From Leucoraja erinacea (taxonomy: Eukaryota), in NCBI RefSeq assembly GCF_028641065.1, contig NC_073379.1:12586001-12650000 (forward strand): a DNA stretch of 64,000 nucleotides, in the 5' to 3' direction. Below, in pieces: positions 13,391-26,815 of this stretch. Position numbers and translations under genes: made by a program. The stretch's first letter is position 1, and each line of letters opens with the position of its first letter. The notes beneath the pieces were generated by a model, which was given only the letters and a program-made list of their open reading frames with translations, searched no databases and was not told the origin of the DNA.

Positions 13391-14369
13391 GTTCTGGTCG
13401 CCCCATTACAGGAAGGATGGGGAGGCTTTGGAGAAGGTGCTGAAGAGGTTTCCTAGGATGCTGCTTGGATTAGGGGGTGTGAGCTGTACAGAAAGGTTGG
13501 ACAAAGGAGCAAAGTTGAAAGGAGATGAACAGGGCAAGGTCTTTTTTCACTCAGAGAGCAGCGAGTACCTGGAACGTGCTGCCCGGGGTGGTGCTGAAGA
13601 CAGATACGATAGTGGTGTTTAAGAGACTTTTAGATAGGCACATAAAGCCGGGTGCTTTAACATCAAGAGCCTCGATCACCTTGACACAGCAGTTTGACTG
13701 CCTGACCGCAGGTGAAGAACAGGGAAGAGGTAAGAGACAAGATATGTAGGAAATGCAGAGATATGGATCATGTGCAGGCAGATGTTTTCCGGAGAGACAG
13801 AGGTTGAGGAGAAACCTTTTAGACTTTGAAAATACGGCGTGGAAATAGGCCCTTTGGCCCACTGGGTCCGCACTGACCAGCGATCACCCCGTACACTCGC
13901 ACTATCCCACACGCTAGGGACAATTTACAATTTTTATCAGAGCCAATTGACCTCCAATCCTGCATGACTTTAGAGTGTGAGAGGAAACTGGAGCACCCAT
14001 CCTGGGAGAATGAGCCCTGAGGTCAGGGTCAAACCCGGGTCTCTGGTGCTGTGAGGCAGCGGCACTACCCGCTGCGCCACAGTCACGTCCCTTTGGCTGC
14101 TCTCTCTGTACCTGTCTGGCTTCAAGGCAAACATTGTCATTATCTTGCGTCTTCTAACTATTTAATTATTAACGAGCTTCTTTGTGTCTCTCCTACAAGA
14201 TTAATGGGTTATTAATGGAAAACAGCTCCTTCAGTTTCCAAGGTACACAAAAAAGCTGCAGAAACTCAGCGGGTGCAGCAGCATCTATGGAGCGAAGGAA
14301 ATAGGCAACGTTTCAGGCCAAAACCCTTCTTCAGATTGAAATCCTTCAGTTTCCATGCTGTTTGACTCC

Positions 14370-14662
14370 TCCATTCCCCATTTCCAGGTGCCCTCCCCTA
14401 ATTCCCCATTTATTGGTGCCCTCCCCTAATTCCCCATTCACTGTTGCCCCAGCTCCACATTCATTGTTATTCTAATCTCCCATTTACTGGTGCCCTCCCC
14501 TAATTCCCCATTTATTGGTGCCCTCCCCTAATCTCCCATTTACTGGTGCCCTCCCCTAATTCCCCATTCACTGTTGCCCCAGTTCCCCATTCATTGTTAT
14601 TCTAATCTCCCATTTACTGGTGCCCTCCCCTAATACCCCATTTACTGATGCCCTCCCCTATT
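14370..14662. repeat. Minisatellite, about 28-bp unit CCCCATTTACTGGTGCCCTCCCCTAATT with a higher-order duplication
   Basis: Direct repetition visible. Confidence 0.88.
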
Positions 14663-14974
14663 TGAGTCAGTGTATTACAATCCATGGTCACTGTGACAAA
14701 TTAGAGAGTGGTCCTGACCTGTCATCTACCTCAATGAAGACCCTTGGACTATCTTTAATCAGTCTTTACAGGACTTTATCTTGCACTAAACGTTATTCCC
14801 TTTATCCTATAACCGTACACTGAGGAAGGCTTGATTGTAATCATGCATAGTATTTCCGTTGACTAGATAACACACAATAAAAATGCTTTTTACTGTACAT
14901 CTGACAATAATCTAAACTAAACTAAACACACTTTGGGGCAGTGTGTTACAATCCATGGTCTCTATTACACACAC

Positions 14975-15285
14975 CACCTGATGGTGCAGCGGTAGAGTTG
15001 CTACCTTACAGCGACAAGAGACATGGGTTCAATCCTGACTGCGGGTGCTGCTGTCTGTATGGAGTTGGTACGTTCTCCCTGTGACTGCGTGGGTTTTCTG
15101 CGGGTGCTCCGGTTTCCTCCTACGCTCCAAAGACGTGCAGGTTTTTATAGGTTAATCGGTAAAAATTGTAATTTGTCCCTAGTGTGCAGGATAGTGCTAG
15201 TGTATGGGGATTGCTGGTCGGCACGGGCTGATGGCCGAAGGGCTTGTTTCCTCGCTGTATCTCTCAACTAAACTAAACTAAACCA
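14975..15285 (+). mobile_element. HE1-type V-SINE (representative; dozens of copies on both strands)
   Basis: tRNA-like head with A box (TGGTGCAGCGGT) and B box (GGGTTCAATCC), V-domain (GTTCTCCC..GTGGGTTTTCT..GGTGCTCCGGTTTCCTCC), CR1-derived tail ..GCTGTATCTC..(AAACT)n. Confidence 0.85.
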
Positions 15286-16280
15286 TTGTCACTGGTAGAC
15301 ACTCTCCCTAAATATACACACCAGATCAGTGTGTTGCATTCAATGGTCACAAGTACACACTATGCCGATATACACAAACCAGGACAGTGTAACTAGTATA
15401 CAATCTCCCAATATGTATACACCAAGACAGTGTTACAATCCAGTGCACACTCTCCCAATATATACACACCCGGACAGTGTCACGAGGATAAACTTTCCCC
15501 ATCCCCACCTTGGGAAAGTGCGTTATAATCCATGGTACACCCGTAAACGAATGCATTTTGTTGTTTAATGCATTTCGTTGTCTCTGTACTGTACACTGAC
15601 AATGACAATTAAAATTGAATCTGAATCTGAATCTGACACACTCCCCCTACTTACACTCCTGTGGAGTCCAGGGAGAGTGTTGCAGCTGACCGCATGAGGT
15701 GGAGAGGTACCCTGAACCAACATCTCAAAACGAGGGAAGAGAAACTGATGAACGCAGCGGCAGACAAGCGGGCGCGCAGAAAGGAGCGCGGCAACTTCAA
15801 CAGACGAGAGACCACACACAAATGTGACCTTTGCCACAGAGACTGTCACTCCCACATTGGTCTCTTCAGCCACAAGCGGCCCTGCTCCAGCCGAGGTTTG
15901 GAGCAAGCAGCCGCCAACAACTAGGGTGCATCACCCATCATGGACAGTCATGTCCGAGGGGGGACCTACGACAGTGCAGTGTATGGTCACTAGTATACAC
16001 TCTCCCTATGTACACACACCCTGATGCAGCATGTTACAATCCATGATCGCAAGTACACACTCTCCCTATCCTCACCCACTTGAGACAAGTGTGTTACGAT
16101 CCATGGTTGCTAGTCCACACGCTCCCTCTATACACACACCTAGATTGTGTATTACAATCCAAGGTCACTAGTGGATTCACTCTCGCTGTATACAGTGAGG
16201 CAGTGTTACAATCCACGCTGACTAGTACACATCTCCCTGTGTACACACACCCTGATGCAGTATGTGACAATCCAGGGTTA
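15285..16280. repeat. Degenerate about 55-60-bp minisatellite (CAGTGTGTTACAATCCATGGTCACTAGTACACACTCTCCC...), interrupted by the RTE fragment
   Basis: Unit recurs on both sides of 15555-15970. Confidence 0.78.
15659..15970 (+). mobile_element. RTE-clade LINE 3' fragment
   Basis: ..ESVAADRMRWRG..KRARRKER..HKCDLCHRDCHSHIGLFSHKRPC, the C-terminal C2H2-like finger typical of RTE. Confidence 0.78.
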
Positions 16281-17269
16281 ATTCAGCCACTCCCCCTTGC
16301 TGATAACCTGGACTGTTTAATAACTAGTGTTTTAACAAACCACAGTTGTTCTTTAATCACGGAAGGGCTTGCGGCATGTCAGAGACTGGATCAAGTTGGA
16401 CTGCGCCCTTTATGTATCTACAACCGCAGCAAGTGGTTTGCATGGACCATTGACGTCAGCAGCCACTGGTACCATAATATCCTATGCAAGGCGATAAGTA
16501 CATGAGGGTATTGACATGGGTGGACGAGGAACGAACACTGTCAGCTTAACACTGCTGTGAGATCAGATAATTGGTGTGTCCCTGGAGGCAAGGAGGTGGG
16601 AAGGGTATCCCTGTCAAAACTGCAGCCCTAATCCCATGATGGGCGGCACAGTGGTGCAGTGGTAGAGTTGCTGCCTGAGAGTGCCAGAGACTAAGGTTCG
16701 ATCCTGACTACAGCTGCTCTGCATGGAGTTTGTACGTTCTCTCCCTGTGACTGCGTGGGTTTTCTTCGGGTGCTCCAGTTTCCTCTCACACTCCAAAGAC
16801 GTGCAGGTTTGTAGGTGAATTGACTTTGGTAAAAATTTGGAAATTGTTCAGAATGTGTGGGATAGTGTGTCAGCGTGGACGCGGTGGGATGAAGGTTCCG
16901 TTTCTATGCTGTATCTCTAAAGTCCAGTTCCATGTGTGCATCACCAGACTGAGGAAGAGCAGCACAAGAACAGACTAATCATTGCTGCAGGCTCTAACAA
17001 ATGTCTCCATCTCCACTTTATGCAGCTTCAGGAAACCAGCCAGCATAAACAAGAAGGGTCCCGACTCGAAACGTCACCTATTCATTTTCTCCCTGACAAA
17101 GGGTCTCAATCTGAAACGTCACCTATTCCTTTTCTCCAGAGATGCTATCTGACCCGCTGAGTTACTGTAACTTTTTGTGTTTGTCGCCAGAGATGCTGCC
17201 TGACATGTTGAGTTACGTCAGCATTTTGTGTCCGTCTTTGGTATAAACCAGCATCTGCAGTTTCTTTTT

Positions 17270-17660
17270 AATGACCTTTCCCACCCCGGTCATTCCTTCT
17301 TCTCCCCGCTCCCGTCCGGCAGAAGGTACAGAAGCTTGAAAGCGCGCACCACCAGACTCAGGAACAGCTTCTTCCCCTCTGTTATCAGACTTCTGAACGG
17401 CCCTTCCACAAGCTAGGGTGCTGTCCGATTCACCTCTACCCCATTGCGGACATTGGACTTTGTCTCTGGAACTGATGCGCTACAATGTTGAGAACTATAT
17501 TCTGCACTCTGTATCTTCCCCTTTGCTCTATGTATTGTACTTTATTTCGACTGTATTTATGTACAGCATCATCTGATCCAATTTCATGCATGGATAGCAT
17601 GCAAAACAACGTTTTTCACTGTACCTTTGTACAGCTGACAATAATAAACAGAAACCTAAA
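17270..17660 (+). mobile_element. Rex1/L2-like LINE 3' fragment
   Basis: HPGHSFFSPLPSGRRYRSLKARTTRLRNSFFPSVIRLLN followed by a tail ending gacaataataaa. Related pieces at 9510-9760, 43050-43410 and 50070-50350. Confidence 0.65.
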
Positions 17661-18211
17661 GTTCTTCACTGCTTTCGCCAAGTCAGAGATCTGTTCTGGT
17701 TGCAACCGTATAACACTTTGGTTCAGCCAAGTTTGGGTATTGTGCCTAGTTCTGGTTGCCCCTTTACAGGAAGCTCACGTTCACAAGATATAGAAGTATA
17801 ATTAGGCCACTTGGTCCATCGAGTCCAATCTGCCATTCGATCATGGCTGATCTCTGCCTCCTAATCCCATTTTCCTGCCTTCTCCCCATAACCCTTGACA
17901 TCCGTTCCAATCAAGAATTTGTCTATCTCTGCCTTACAAATATCCACTGACTTGGCCTCCACAGCCCTCTGTGGCAATGAGATCTACAGATTTACTACCC
18001 TCTGACTAAAGAAGTTCCTCCTCATCTCCTTTCTGAGAGAGCACCCTTTAATTCTGTGGCGATGACTTCTGGTCCTAGACTCTCCCACCAGTGGAAACAC
18101 CCTTTCCACATCCACTCTATCTATGCCATTCAATATTCAGTAAGTTTCAATGAGGTCCCCCCTCAACCTTCTAAACTCCAGCGAGTACAGGCCCAGGGCT
18201 GTCAAACACTC

Positions 18212-18590
18212 ATTTTACTTCGGAGTCACGTGAGTGACTACGTGAAGACCCCGCCAGCACGCATGTGCGACATATCGTCTAACGCATTGCGCATCGACTG
18301 GCGGGGTGAAGCGTTCTCCCGCAGTGGACCTGCAGGTAAGTTTGCTAATCTGAGGTCGTGTTTTCTGCTCTGAGTTGTGTTTTACACCAGGAGCAATGAA
18401 CAAGGGCAAGAAACGGGTCGCGTCTAAACCGGCTGCGGGGGACTTTGAAAGTACTAACAGTCAGCAGCGACCAGTGGCACCTGGATCATATTCTATGAGA
18501 TCCACAGTCACCGACATGACACCTGCTCAGCCGGTACCAGCACCGCGGGCTGCACAGCCCGAACCAGGTGATGTGGAGGCATAATTTATA
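18212..18590 (+). mobile_element. Probable DIRS-type retroelement 5' terminal fragment
   Basis: Abrupt CpG-rich block starting TTTTACTTCGGAGTCACGTGAGTGACTACGTGAAG, with a splice donor, an acceptor and the start of a basic ORF (MNKGKKRV...). The family call is from recollection of fish DIRS termini. Confidence 0.45.
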
Positions 18591-20394
18591 TTTGTCTAAG
18601 TGTTGGGCTATGGAACCGGTGTATGGAAATAGGATTAGTGTGGTTTATAGGTACCATGGTTAGCCTGTATTAATGGGCCTGTTTCTGAGCTGTATGTCCA
18701 AAACTGCATGAAAGCAGATTAACTGCTCACTATCACCTTTCTGTGAGTGGGAGAGTTGCCTTTGAATCAGTAGGTTATTTTTTTTCCAACAAATCCGACT
18801 GAAGATATTTTTTCATTGATACAGCATGGAAACAGGTTCTTCGTCCCACTGAGTCCACACCATCCATCGATCACCCGTTCACATTAGTTCTATGATAATC
18901 CCACTTTGTCATCCACTCCCTGCACACTAGGGGGCAATTTACAGGGGCCAATTAACCTGTTACCCGCAACCCGCACGTCTTTGGGATGTGGGAGGAAACC
19001 AGAGCACCCGGAGGAAACCCACGCGGTCACAGGCGACAACGTGCAAACTCCACACACGGGATCCAACCCGGGTCCCTGGTGCTGTGAGCCAGCGGCTCTA
19101 CCAGCTGCACCCTAACTTGTCCCATGTACTTTGGTCTTAGCATTACCATGATCCAGTTTACTAAGAATAACTGATATAATTTATCGCCTATTTATTGTTG
19201 CTCTGGGCAGCTGCAGCAAATAAGAATTACATTGTTCCGTTTCATTGACAAACAAACACGTTTGACAATCCTGAAGAATTCAGTGGTACATTCCTGGGTT
19301 AATTTTTTTTTTACTTTATGAGTCCCGTGTGTTTTTCTTTATATGTAGACCAGGGAGTTTACAGCAAGTTCATGTTAACTCTGTCTTGGGAGCAGGTTGC
19401 GTGATGCATACCAGGAGTGGATGGTGTTCCTGTCATCCATTCCTTCTCCTGTCCAACCTTAGACCCTGCGGTGGTACATTATCTGGGGCAAGCAGTCAGT
19501 GGGGGCATGTTTCAAGTGGGGCTACACTCCTATGAGCTCAGCACAGCCCAGGAACAGGCTCTTCAGCCCACAATCTCCATGTCGAACACAAATGCCAAGT
19601 TCAACTAATCTCATTTGCCTGCACATAGAGTCGTACAGCATGGAAACAGGCCCTTCAGCTCAACTTGCCCATGCTGACCAATATGCTCCATCGACACTAG
19701 GCCTACTTACCTGCTTTTGACCCAAATCCATTTAAACCTACTCAAATCAAGTACATGTCTAAATTTTTTTTTAAATTGCGATCTCACCTGCCTCAACTAC
19801 CTCCTCCGACAGCTTGTTCCATACACCCACCACCCTTTGTGTAAAAACGTTACCCATCAGGTTCCCATTAAATTATTTGGCCCTCACCTTAAACCTAGGT
19901 CCACTGGTTCTCGATTCCCCTACTCTGGACAAATGGCACATTTACCCGATCTGTTCCTCTTATGATTGTTTACACATTATCCGTATTCCACCATTCCCGG
20001 CATATCCATGTGCCTCTAAAAAAGACACCAAGTATTTAGTTTAGTTTATTATTGTCACGTGTTCCGAGGTAGAGTGAAATGTTTTTTTTGTTGTGTGCTA
20101 CCCAGTCAGCAGAAGACTATACATGATTACAATCAATCCGTCCACAGTGTACAGATAAGGGATAAAGGGAATAACTTTTGGTGCATAATCGCAACAAATT
20201 GTTGGAGTAACTCAGCGTGTCAGGCAGCATCTGTGGAGAACATGGATAGGTGACGTTTCACAGAGTGCTGGAGTAACTCAGTGGGTCAGGCAGCATCTCT
20301 GGAGAACATGGATAGTTTAGTTTAGTTTTTTAGTTTAGAGATTCAGCGCGGAAACAGGCCTTTCGGCCCACCGAATCCGCGCCGACCAGTGATA

Positions 20395-20965
20395 GAGACA
20401 ATAAACAATAGACAATAGGTGCAGGAGTAGGCTATTTGGCCCTTCGAGCCAGCACCGCCATTCAATGTGATCATGGCCGATCATCCCCAATCAGTACCCC
20501 GTTCCTGGCTTCTCCCCATATCCCCAGACTCCGCTATTTTTAAGAGCCCTATCTAGCTCTCTCTTGAAAGCATCCAGAGAACCGGCCTCCACCACCCTCT
20601 GAAGCAGAGGATTCCACAGACTCACCACTCTCTGTGAGAAAAAGTGTTTCCTCGTCTCCGTTCTAAATGGCTTACTCTTTATTCTTAAACTGTGGCCCCT
20701 GGTTCTGGACTCCCCCAACACCGGGAACATGTTTCCTGCCTCTAACGTGTCCAAACCCTTAACAATCTTATATGTTTCAATGAGAACACCTCTCATCCTT
20801 CTAAACACCAGAGTGCATAAGCCCAGCTGCTCCATTCTCTCAGCATATGACAGTCCCATCATCCCGGGAATTAACCTTGTAAACCTACGCTGCATTCCCT
20901 CAATAGCAAGAATGTTCCTCAAATTAGGGGACCAAAACTGCGCACAATATTCCAGGTGTGGTCTG
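20395..20965 (-). mobile_element. CR1 LINE 3' fragment
   Basis: RPHLEYCAQFWSP..QRRFTRLIPGM..FFSQRVVSLWN..; (CTATTGT)n-type tail. Confidence 0.9.
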
Positions 20966-21119
20966 CACACAATATTCCTGTCCTTCTCTTATCAGAAGCA
21001 GCGTCATGAGATAAATGACATGCCTTATCTTACCCGTATTTATGCTGTAGTTTTCAATGAGGTTCATTCAGCTTACTTTGTCTTTCACTGACCATGCTGG
21101 CTATTTATTATTTCTGTGG

Positions 21120-21640
21120 GAACAAGGAACTGCAGATGCTGGTTTGCGAAAAAACCCCCCACAAAATTCTGGAGAAACTCAGCGGGTCGGGCAGCATCTC
21201 CGGCGAACATGGACACACGACGTTTCTGGTCGAGACCCTTCTTCAGACTGTCTGTGAAAGAGGAGGGGGATGCTTGCAGGGAGGACAGGCAGGACAAAGC
21301 TCAGCAGGTGACAAGGTGGATACAGGTGAGGTGGGAGCGGATTTGATAGGCAGATGGTTGGACAAAGGCCAGAGAGGAAAAGACAGAAGGTGTGAGACAA
21401 AAGGATTGAAGAGTTACGAATTGTGAGGCCAGAGGAAGGAATGTCGGTGGAATGGGAGGGGGAGGGGGAGAAATAGATGCACATCCATGTGGGGCACAGG
21501 GGTGAGTGGAGGACAGAAAGAGGGGTGTGGAGGAAGGGAGAATGAGAGAGGGGTTGTCGTTATCTATAATTGGAGAATTCAATGTTCATACTGTTAGGTT
21601 GTAAGCTACCCATGGAATAAGAGGTGCGGTTCCTCCATCT
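21120..21640 (-). mobile_element. Penelope-like element 3' end (GIY-YIG C-terminus plus terminal repeat with hammerhead core)
   Basis: Minus strand reads EEPHLLF(fs)..SLQPNSMNIEFSN, typical of a PLE GIY-YIG end, then a pyrimidine-rich spacer and CTGAAGAAGGGTCTCGACCAGAAACGTC. Confidence 0.72.
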
Positions 21641-24600
21641 GCCTATCAAAACCCCCCATCACCTGTATCGATTAGTACCTGCCAGGTATATGTATTGGAA
21701 GGAAATGCAAATGCTGGTTTACACCAAAGATGTAAAATGCAGGAGTAATTCAGCGGGACAGGCAGCATCTCTGGATAAAAGAAATGGGTGACGTTTCGGG
21801 TCGACTGTTAGACTGAACTACCTTCAGACATCAGTACTTGCCAGGCCTTATCCTGCCCTCCTCTCTTCCAGCATTCCCCTCTTCACCCCAACCATCAGTC
21901 TGAAGAAGGGGCCCAACCTGAAACGTCACCTGTCCATGTTCTCCAGAGATGCTGCCTGACCCGCTGAGTTACTCCAGCATGTTGTGTCTACATTTGTTGT
22001 TCCCAGGGGGAGGCGTACGATGGCTGCCTCGCCAACGGTCTGTCTCTGTCGTTGTCTTTTTTCTTCTTTGTGGTTTTAGTTTGGTGTAAAATGTATGTTT
22101 ATTTTATCTTCAGTTTTGTATTATGTGGGGGGTGGGGGGGGAAATTTTTCTTATCTCTTTCCTCGACGGAGATACCGTATCGCATTGCCAGGGGTCGGCC
22201 TTAGGTGCTCCAACCTACGGGAGCTGCGGACTTCAACATCGTGGAGCTCGTGGTCCCTGGTTAGCGACCGACTTCGGGAACTCCAAGGCACAAGAGTTTC
22301 GACCGCCCCAACGCAGGTGCTTAGACCTCCCCGAAGTGGGAGCTCGATCACCGTCGGTGGATGGTTCGACTCCCCCGACCGCGGGAGGAAAGGAGGAAAG
22401 AAGATAAGACTTTATTGCCTTGCACCACAGTGGGGAATGTGGAGGAGCCGCTGTGGTGGATGTTTATGTCAAATTTTTATGTAGTTGTGTGTCTTGTGGC
22501 TTTTGTGGTATGGCTGTATGGCAAACCAAATTCCTCATATGGTGCAAAACATATTTGGCTAATAAATGATTATGATTATTATGAATACCTTTCCAATTTC
22601 ACCTTTATACAGATAACGCTAAAGTGGACTGGGCCGCCGATAGATTACTGCAGAACAGATCGGCATTGCCTGGCCAAGCGCCTGTCGACACTCTGGCAAG
22701 TGAAGGTCACCTCCTGCTATTTGTATCGCAAACTGACTTGAGGAGGAGGCCGCCATCCCATTAACTATTTGGTGACCCCTTGCATCAAGGCAACCTGGCG
22801 CAGTGGGTAGAGCCAATGCCTCACAGATCCAGAGATCTGGGGTTCAATTCTGAGCTTGGGCACTATTGGTGTGGAGTCTGCAGGTTCCTCACTGGGCGCT
22901 CCGATTTCCTCTCACATCCCAGACACATGCAAGTTGGAACGGAGAGCAGAGAACATGGAACTCTACAGCCCTTTGGCCCACAATGCCTTTGCCGAACATG
23001 GCACCTTCATGTGATTCATATCCCTCCATTCCCTGCCTACCCATGTAAGGACGTCACAATGGCACAACGGTAGAGTCGCTGCCTCACAGTGTTCAACCCC
23101 GACTGCAGGTGCTGTCTGTGCGGAGTTTGTACGTTCTCCCCCGTGACCGCACGGGTTTCCCCCCCGGACGCTCCGGTTTCCTCCCACCCTCAGAAGACGT
23201 ACATGTTTGTAGGTTAATTGGCTTTGGTAAAAATCGTAAATAGTCCCGAGTGTGTCGGATAATGTTAGTGTGCAGGATAATCGTTGGTCGGCACGGACTG
23301 GATGGGCCGAAGGGCCTGTTTCCGCGCTGTAACTCAACAATAAATTTAACTAAACTAAAAAATCCACGTGCCAATCTATGTCTTTTGAACGCCACAATTA
23401 TATCTGCCTCCACCACCACCACCCCTGGCAGCCCGTTCCAGGCTGTGTGTGGTTAATTAGCTGCTGTAAATTGCCCAGAGTGCGTGGAGAATGGATGAAC
23501 CGGGGAGAGGGGGGCAGTTGATAGGTAGGTGGGGAAGGTATGTTTCAGAGACTAACAGTGACGGAGCAGAATTACTCTATAAACTAGACTCATAGAGGGA
23601 CAGAGCATAGAAAAAGGCCCTTCAGCCCATTGAGACTGTGCTAACCATCAAACACCCATTTCATGGTGGCGCAGTGGTAGAGTTGCTGGAGGACTGGGTT
23701 TGATCCTGACTATGGGTGCTGTCTGTATGGAGTTTGTAGTTCTCCCTGGGACCGCGTGGGCTTACTCCGGGTGCTCAGGTTTCCTCCAACATTCCAAAGA
23801 TGTCCAGGTTTGAGCGTTAATTGGCTTCTGTAAATTGTTCCTAACGTGTAGGGTACACTAGTGTATAGGTGTTTGTGCATGGACTTGGTGGGCCTAAGAG
23901 CTTGTTTCCACGATGTATCTCTAAACTAAACAAACACTACTTTATTAATCCTATTTTAAAAATTATTCCCCACGGAGCCTGAAACCGTGTCTTGTATCCA
24001 CCTCTATAGTTTCCTCTGGCAGCTCATTCCTCCGAGTGAAAACGTTGTCCCTGAGTTCCCTCTTAAAACTCTCCACCCTCACCTTAAAGCTCTGACCTCT
24101 AGTTTTAGAATCCTCTACATTTTATCCAATCCCCTCATAATCATGTGTACCTTCATAAAATCACCCCAAAGCCTTCTATGCTCCAAAATAAAAAGTCCCA
24201 TCCTATCCAAACTCCCCCTATAACTCAAACTCCAGTTTGTAACATCCTGGCCCATCTCTTCTGCACCCTTTCCAACTTATTGACAAGCAAAGTGGCTAAT
24301 GGGGCAGATTTGAACTGGGGACCAGAAACTGCAGATGCTAGATCTCTTGAGGAACTCAATAGGTCAGGCTAGCCATCTCAGAGATTGAAAATAGAATGTG
24401 CTGGTGCTTAATGGGAAATTGTAGTCATAGAGTCATACAAATCGTGGAAACAAGTATTTTGGTCGCCCGATTATGTCCATGCTGACCAACATAGAGAGAT
24501 CTACAGAGGGTTTTACCTGCCTGCCTTTTCAACCCATAGTTCCCTCTAAACATATTCCTGGATCCAGGTTACCTGTCTAAAGGTTTCTAAAATGAAGACA

Positions 24601-26049
24601 TTGACAGATAGTACCTGCCTGAGAAATGATCCCCTCTGGCAGCATGTTCCATTACACCCACCAACCTATGTGTGTAAAAGTTTTACTCATTAAATCGGTG
24701 TTCCCTCCCCTCACCTGGAAACCTATGTCCCCGTGTTCTCATTTAAAAATACTTTGGGCAAAAGTCTGAAGGGTGGAGGGTTACCCGTATCTATTCCAGG
24801 ACTAAGGGGGTTCGGCACAGCTTAATGGATAAGGGGAAATCCTTTAAAACCGAGATGAGAGAGAACAATTTTTTCAGGCACACAGAGAGGAAAATAGTGG
24901 TGCATGCTCTGGACAACTCTCTGCCACAGTGGAAACAGGTAGTTGAGGCCGACTTGTTCATTGGCTATATTTACAGAGGGATTTACCTGATGTGGCCCTT
25001 GTGGCTAAGGGGATCAGGGGGTATGGAGAGAAGGCATAGTACTGGGATACTGGAGTTGGATGATCAGCCATGATCTATGTGTGTGAATGGCGGTGCAGGG
25101 TCCCATTAAATCTTTCCCCCGAATGGCCTACTCCTCCCCACCCCTACTTTCTATGTTTCTATGTTTCTATTCCTCTCATGATTTTATACACTTCTATAAG
25201 ATCGCCCCTCACCCTCCTGCTCTCCAGGGAATAGAGGCCTTGCCTGCACAACCTCTCCCAGTAGCTCAAGTCCTGGCAACATCCCGGTAAACCTTCTCTG
25301 AACTCTTTCAAGCTTGACAACATCTTTCCTATAACACGGTGACAAAAACAGAACAAAATACGCTAAATGCAGCCAGACCAAGGGTCCTGAACTGAAATGT
25401 TGCCTGTCCATTCCCTCTATAGATGGTGCCTGACCCTCTGAGTTCCTCCAGCATTATGTTTTGTGCTGGGGACCTCTTGATCTACAGCCAGCTTCCGGAC
25501 AAAGAGCATTGGGTGAATTATCTCCAGAGTCCTGGCCAGCACATCAGAGATAATTGAGACACATTTGATCTCAACTGACACTGAAGAATTGACTATCCCA
25601 TCAGGATCTTCAAGCAGTTTGGTAGAGGTTCCTGTCGTTGCCTCATTTCCTGTATTTCAACAAATGTTTTTAAAAAAAGCTCCCTCATTTACGAGAGAGA
25701 TAAAGACGATTTTTTTTCCCTCAACATTTTTGGAACATTCTTCCACAAAAGGCTTGTGGAAGCAAAGCTTTTCAGTAATTGTCACGGCAAAGATAGATGG
25801 TTTTTGGATAAGCAGGAGAGAGAAAGGTTATTGCAGAGAAGACAAGAATGTAGAGTTGAGGTCACTCTGACTAAAGCAGCCATGAGCATAATTCCCCTGC
25901 TTGCTCATATTTCCTTATTTGGTTGAGTATCAGGACTAGTCTAACAAAACAGTTATACAACATGGAAACAGACCCAGCCCATTGCCTCTACAGATGCTGC
26001 CTGACCTGCTGAGTTCCTCCAGCACTCTGTGTGTTTTGTGCAAGATTCC

Positions 26050-26815
26050 GCGGACAGCAATGGCTGCCTCGCCAACAGTCTGTCTGTCCTTTCCTTCTCT
26101 GTGTCTGTTTTGTGTGTGTTAAATGTTTGTTTTTAGTGTTCTTTAGCTTGTTTTATGTGGGGGGGGGGGGGGGGGGGGGGGGGGGGAGTTGGGGGGAAAC
26201 TCTTTCCAATCTCTTACCTCAACAGAGATGCAATTTTTTCCGTATCGTATCTCCGTCAAAACTGCGGCCTAACATCGAGGAGTTGGCGGCCTTTGCTGGA
26301 GATTGACCGGGAGCTCCATCGCAGGAGCCTGCGGGACTTCGTGGAGCTCGCGATCCCTGTCGAGGATTGTCTTTGGGGCTCCAACCATGGGTGCCGGAGG
26401 ACTTTAACTTTGCGTAGCCCGCGGTTAGAGACCGACATCGGGGACTCCAAGCCGCAGGAGTTTCGACGCGGGAATTCCGATCGCGCCAACACGGGAGTTT
26501 CTAACACCCCGGCGCAGGAGTTTCGATCACCCCAACACGGTGGCTTTGACAGCCTACTACAGGGGGCTTCGATCCCTCCGACTGCGGATGGTTCAACTGC
26601 CCCGACCGCGGGAAAATAAAGAGGAAGGGGATTGGAATTTATTGCGTTCCATCACAGTGAAGAACGTGGGGAATCCCCTGTGGTGGATGCTTATGTTAAC
26701 TTTTATGTAGTTGTGCGTCTTGTTGCTTTTTTTAGTATGGCTGTGTGGTAATTTGCATTTCACTGTACTTTAATTGGTACATGTAACAATAAACAGAACT
26801 TTGAAATCTTGAAGA
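26050..26815 (+). mobile_element. Non-autonomous CpG-rich retroelement (other copies 22015-22580 and 39675-40250)
   Basis: Starts ATGGCTGCCTCGCCAAC, then a poly-G run, internal about 22-bp CpG subrepeats, and a LINE-like tail ..CACTGTAC..GGTACATGT(G/A)ACAATAAA. Confidence 0.7.

Noticed and set aside
14975-15050. tRNA-like A/B-box sequences
   Set aside because: Heads of V-SINEs, not tRNA genes; they continue into the V-domain and LINE tail.
24380-25160. Odd mosaic resembling two CR1 segments of opposite orientation interleaved every few bases
   Set aside because: Most consistent with a consensus or assembly artefact, not biology.
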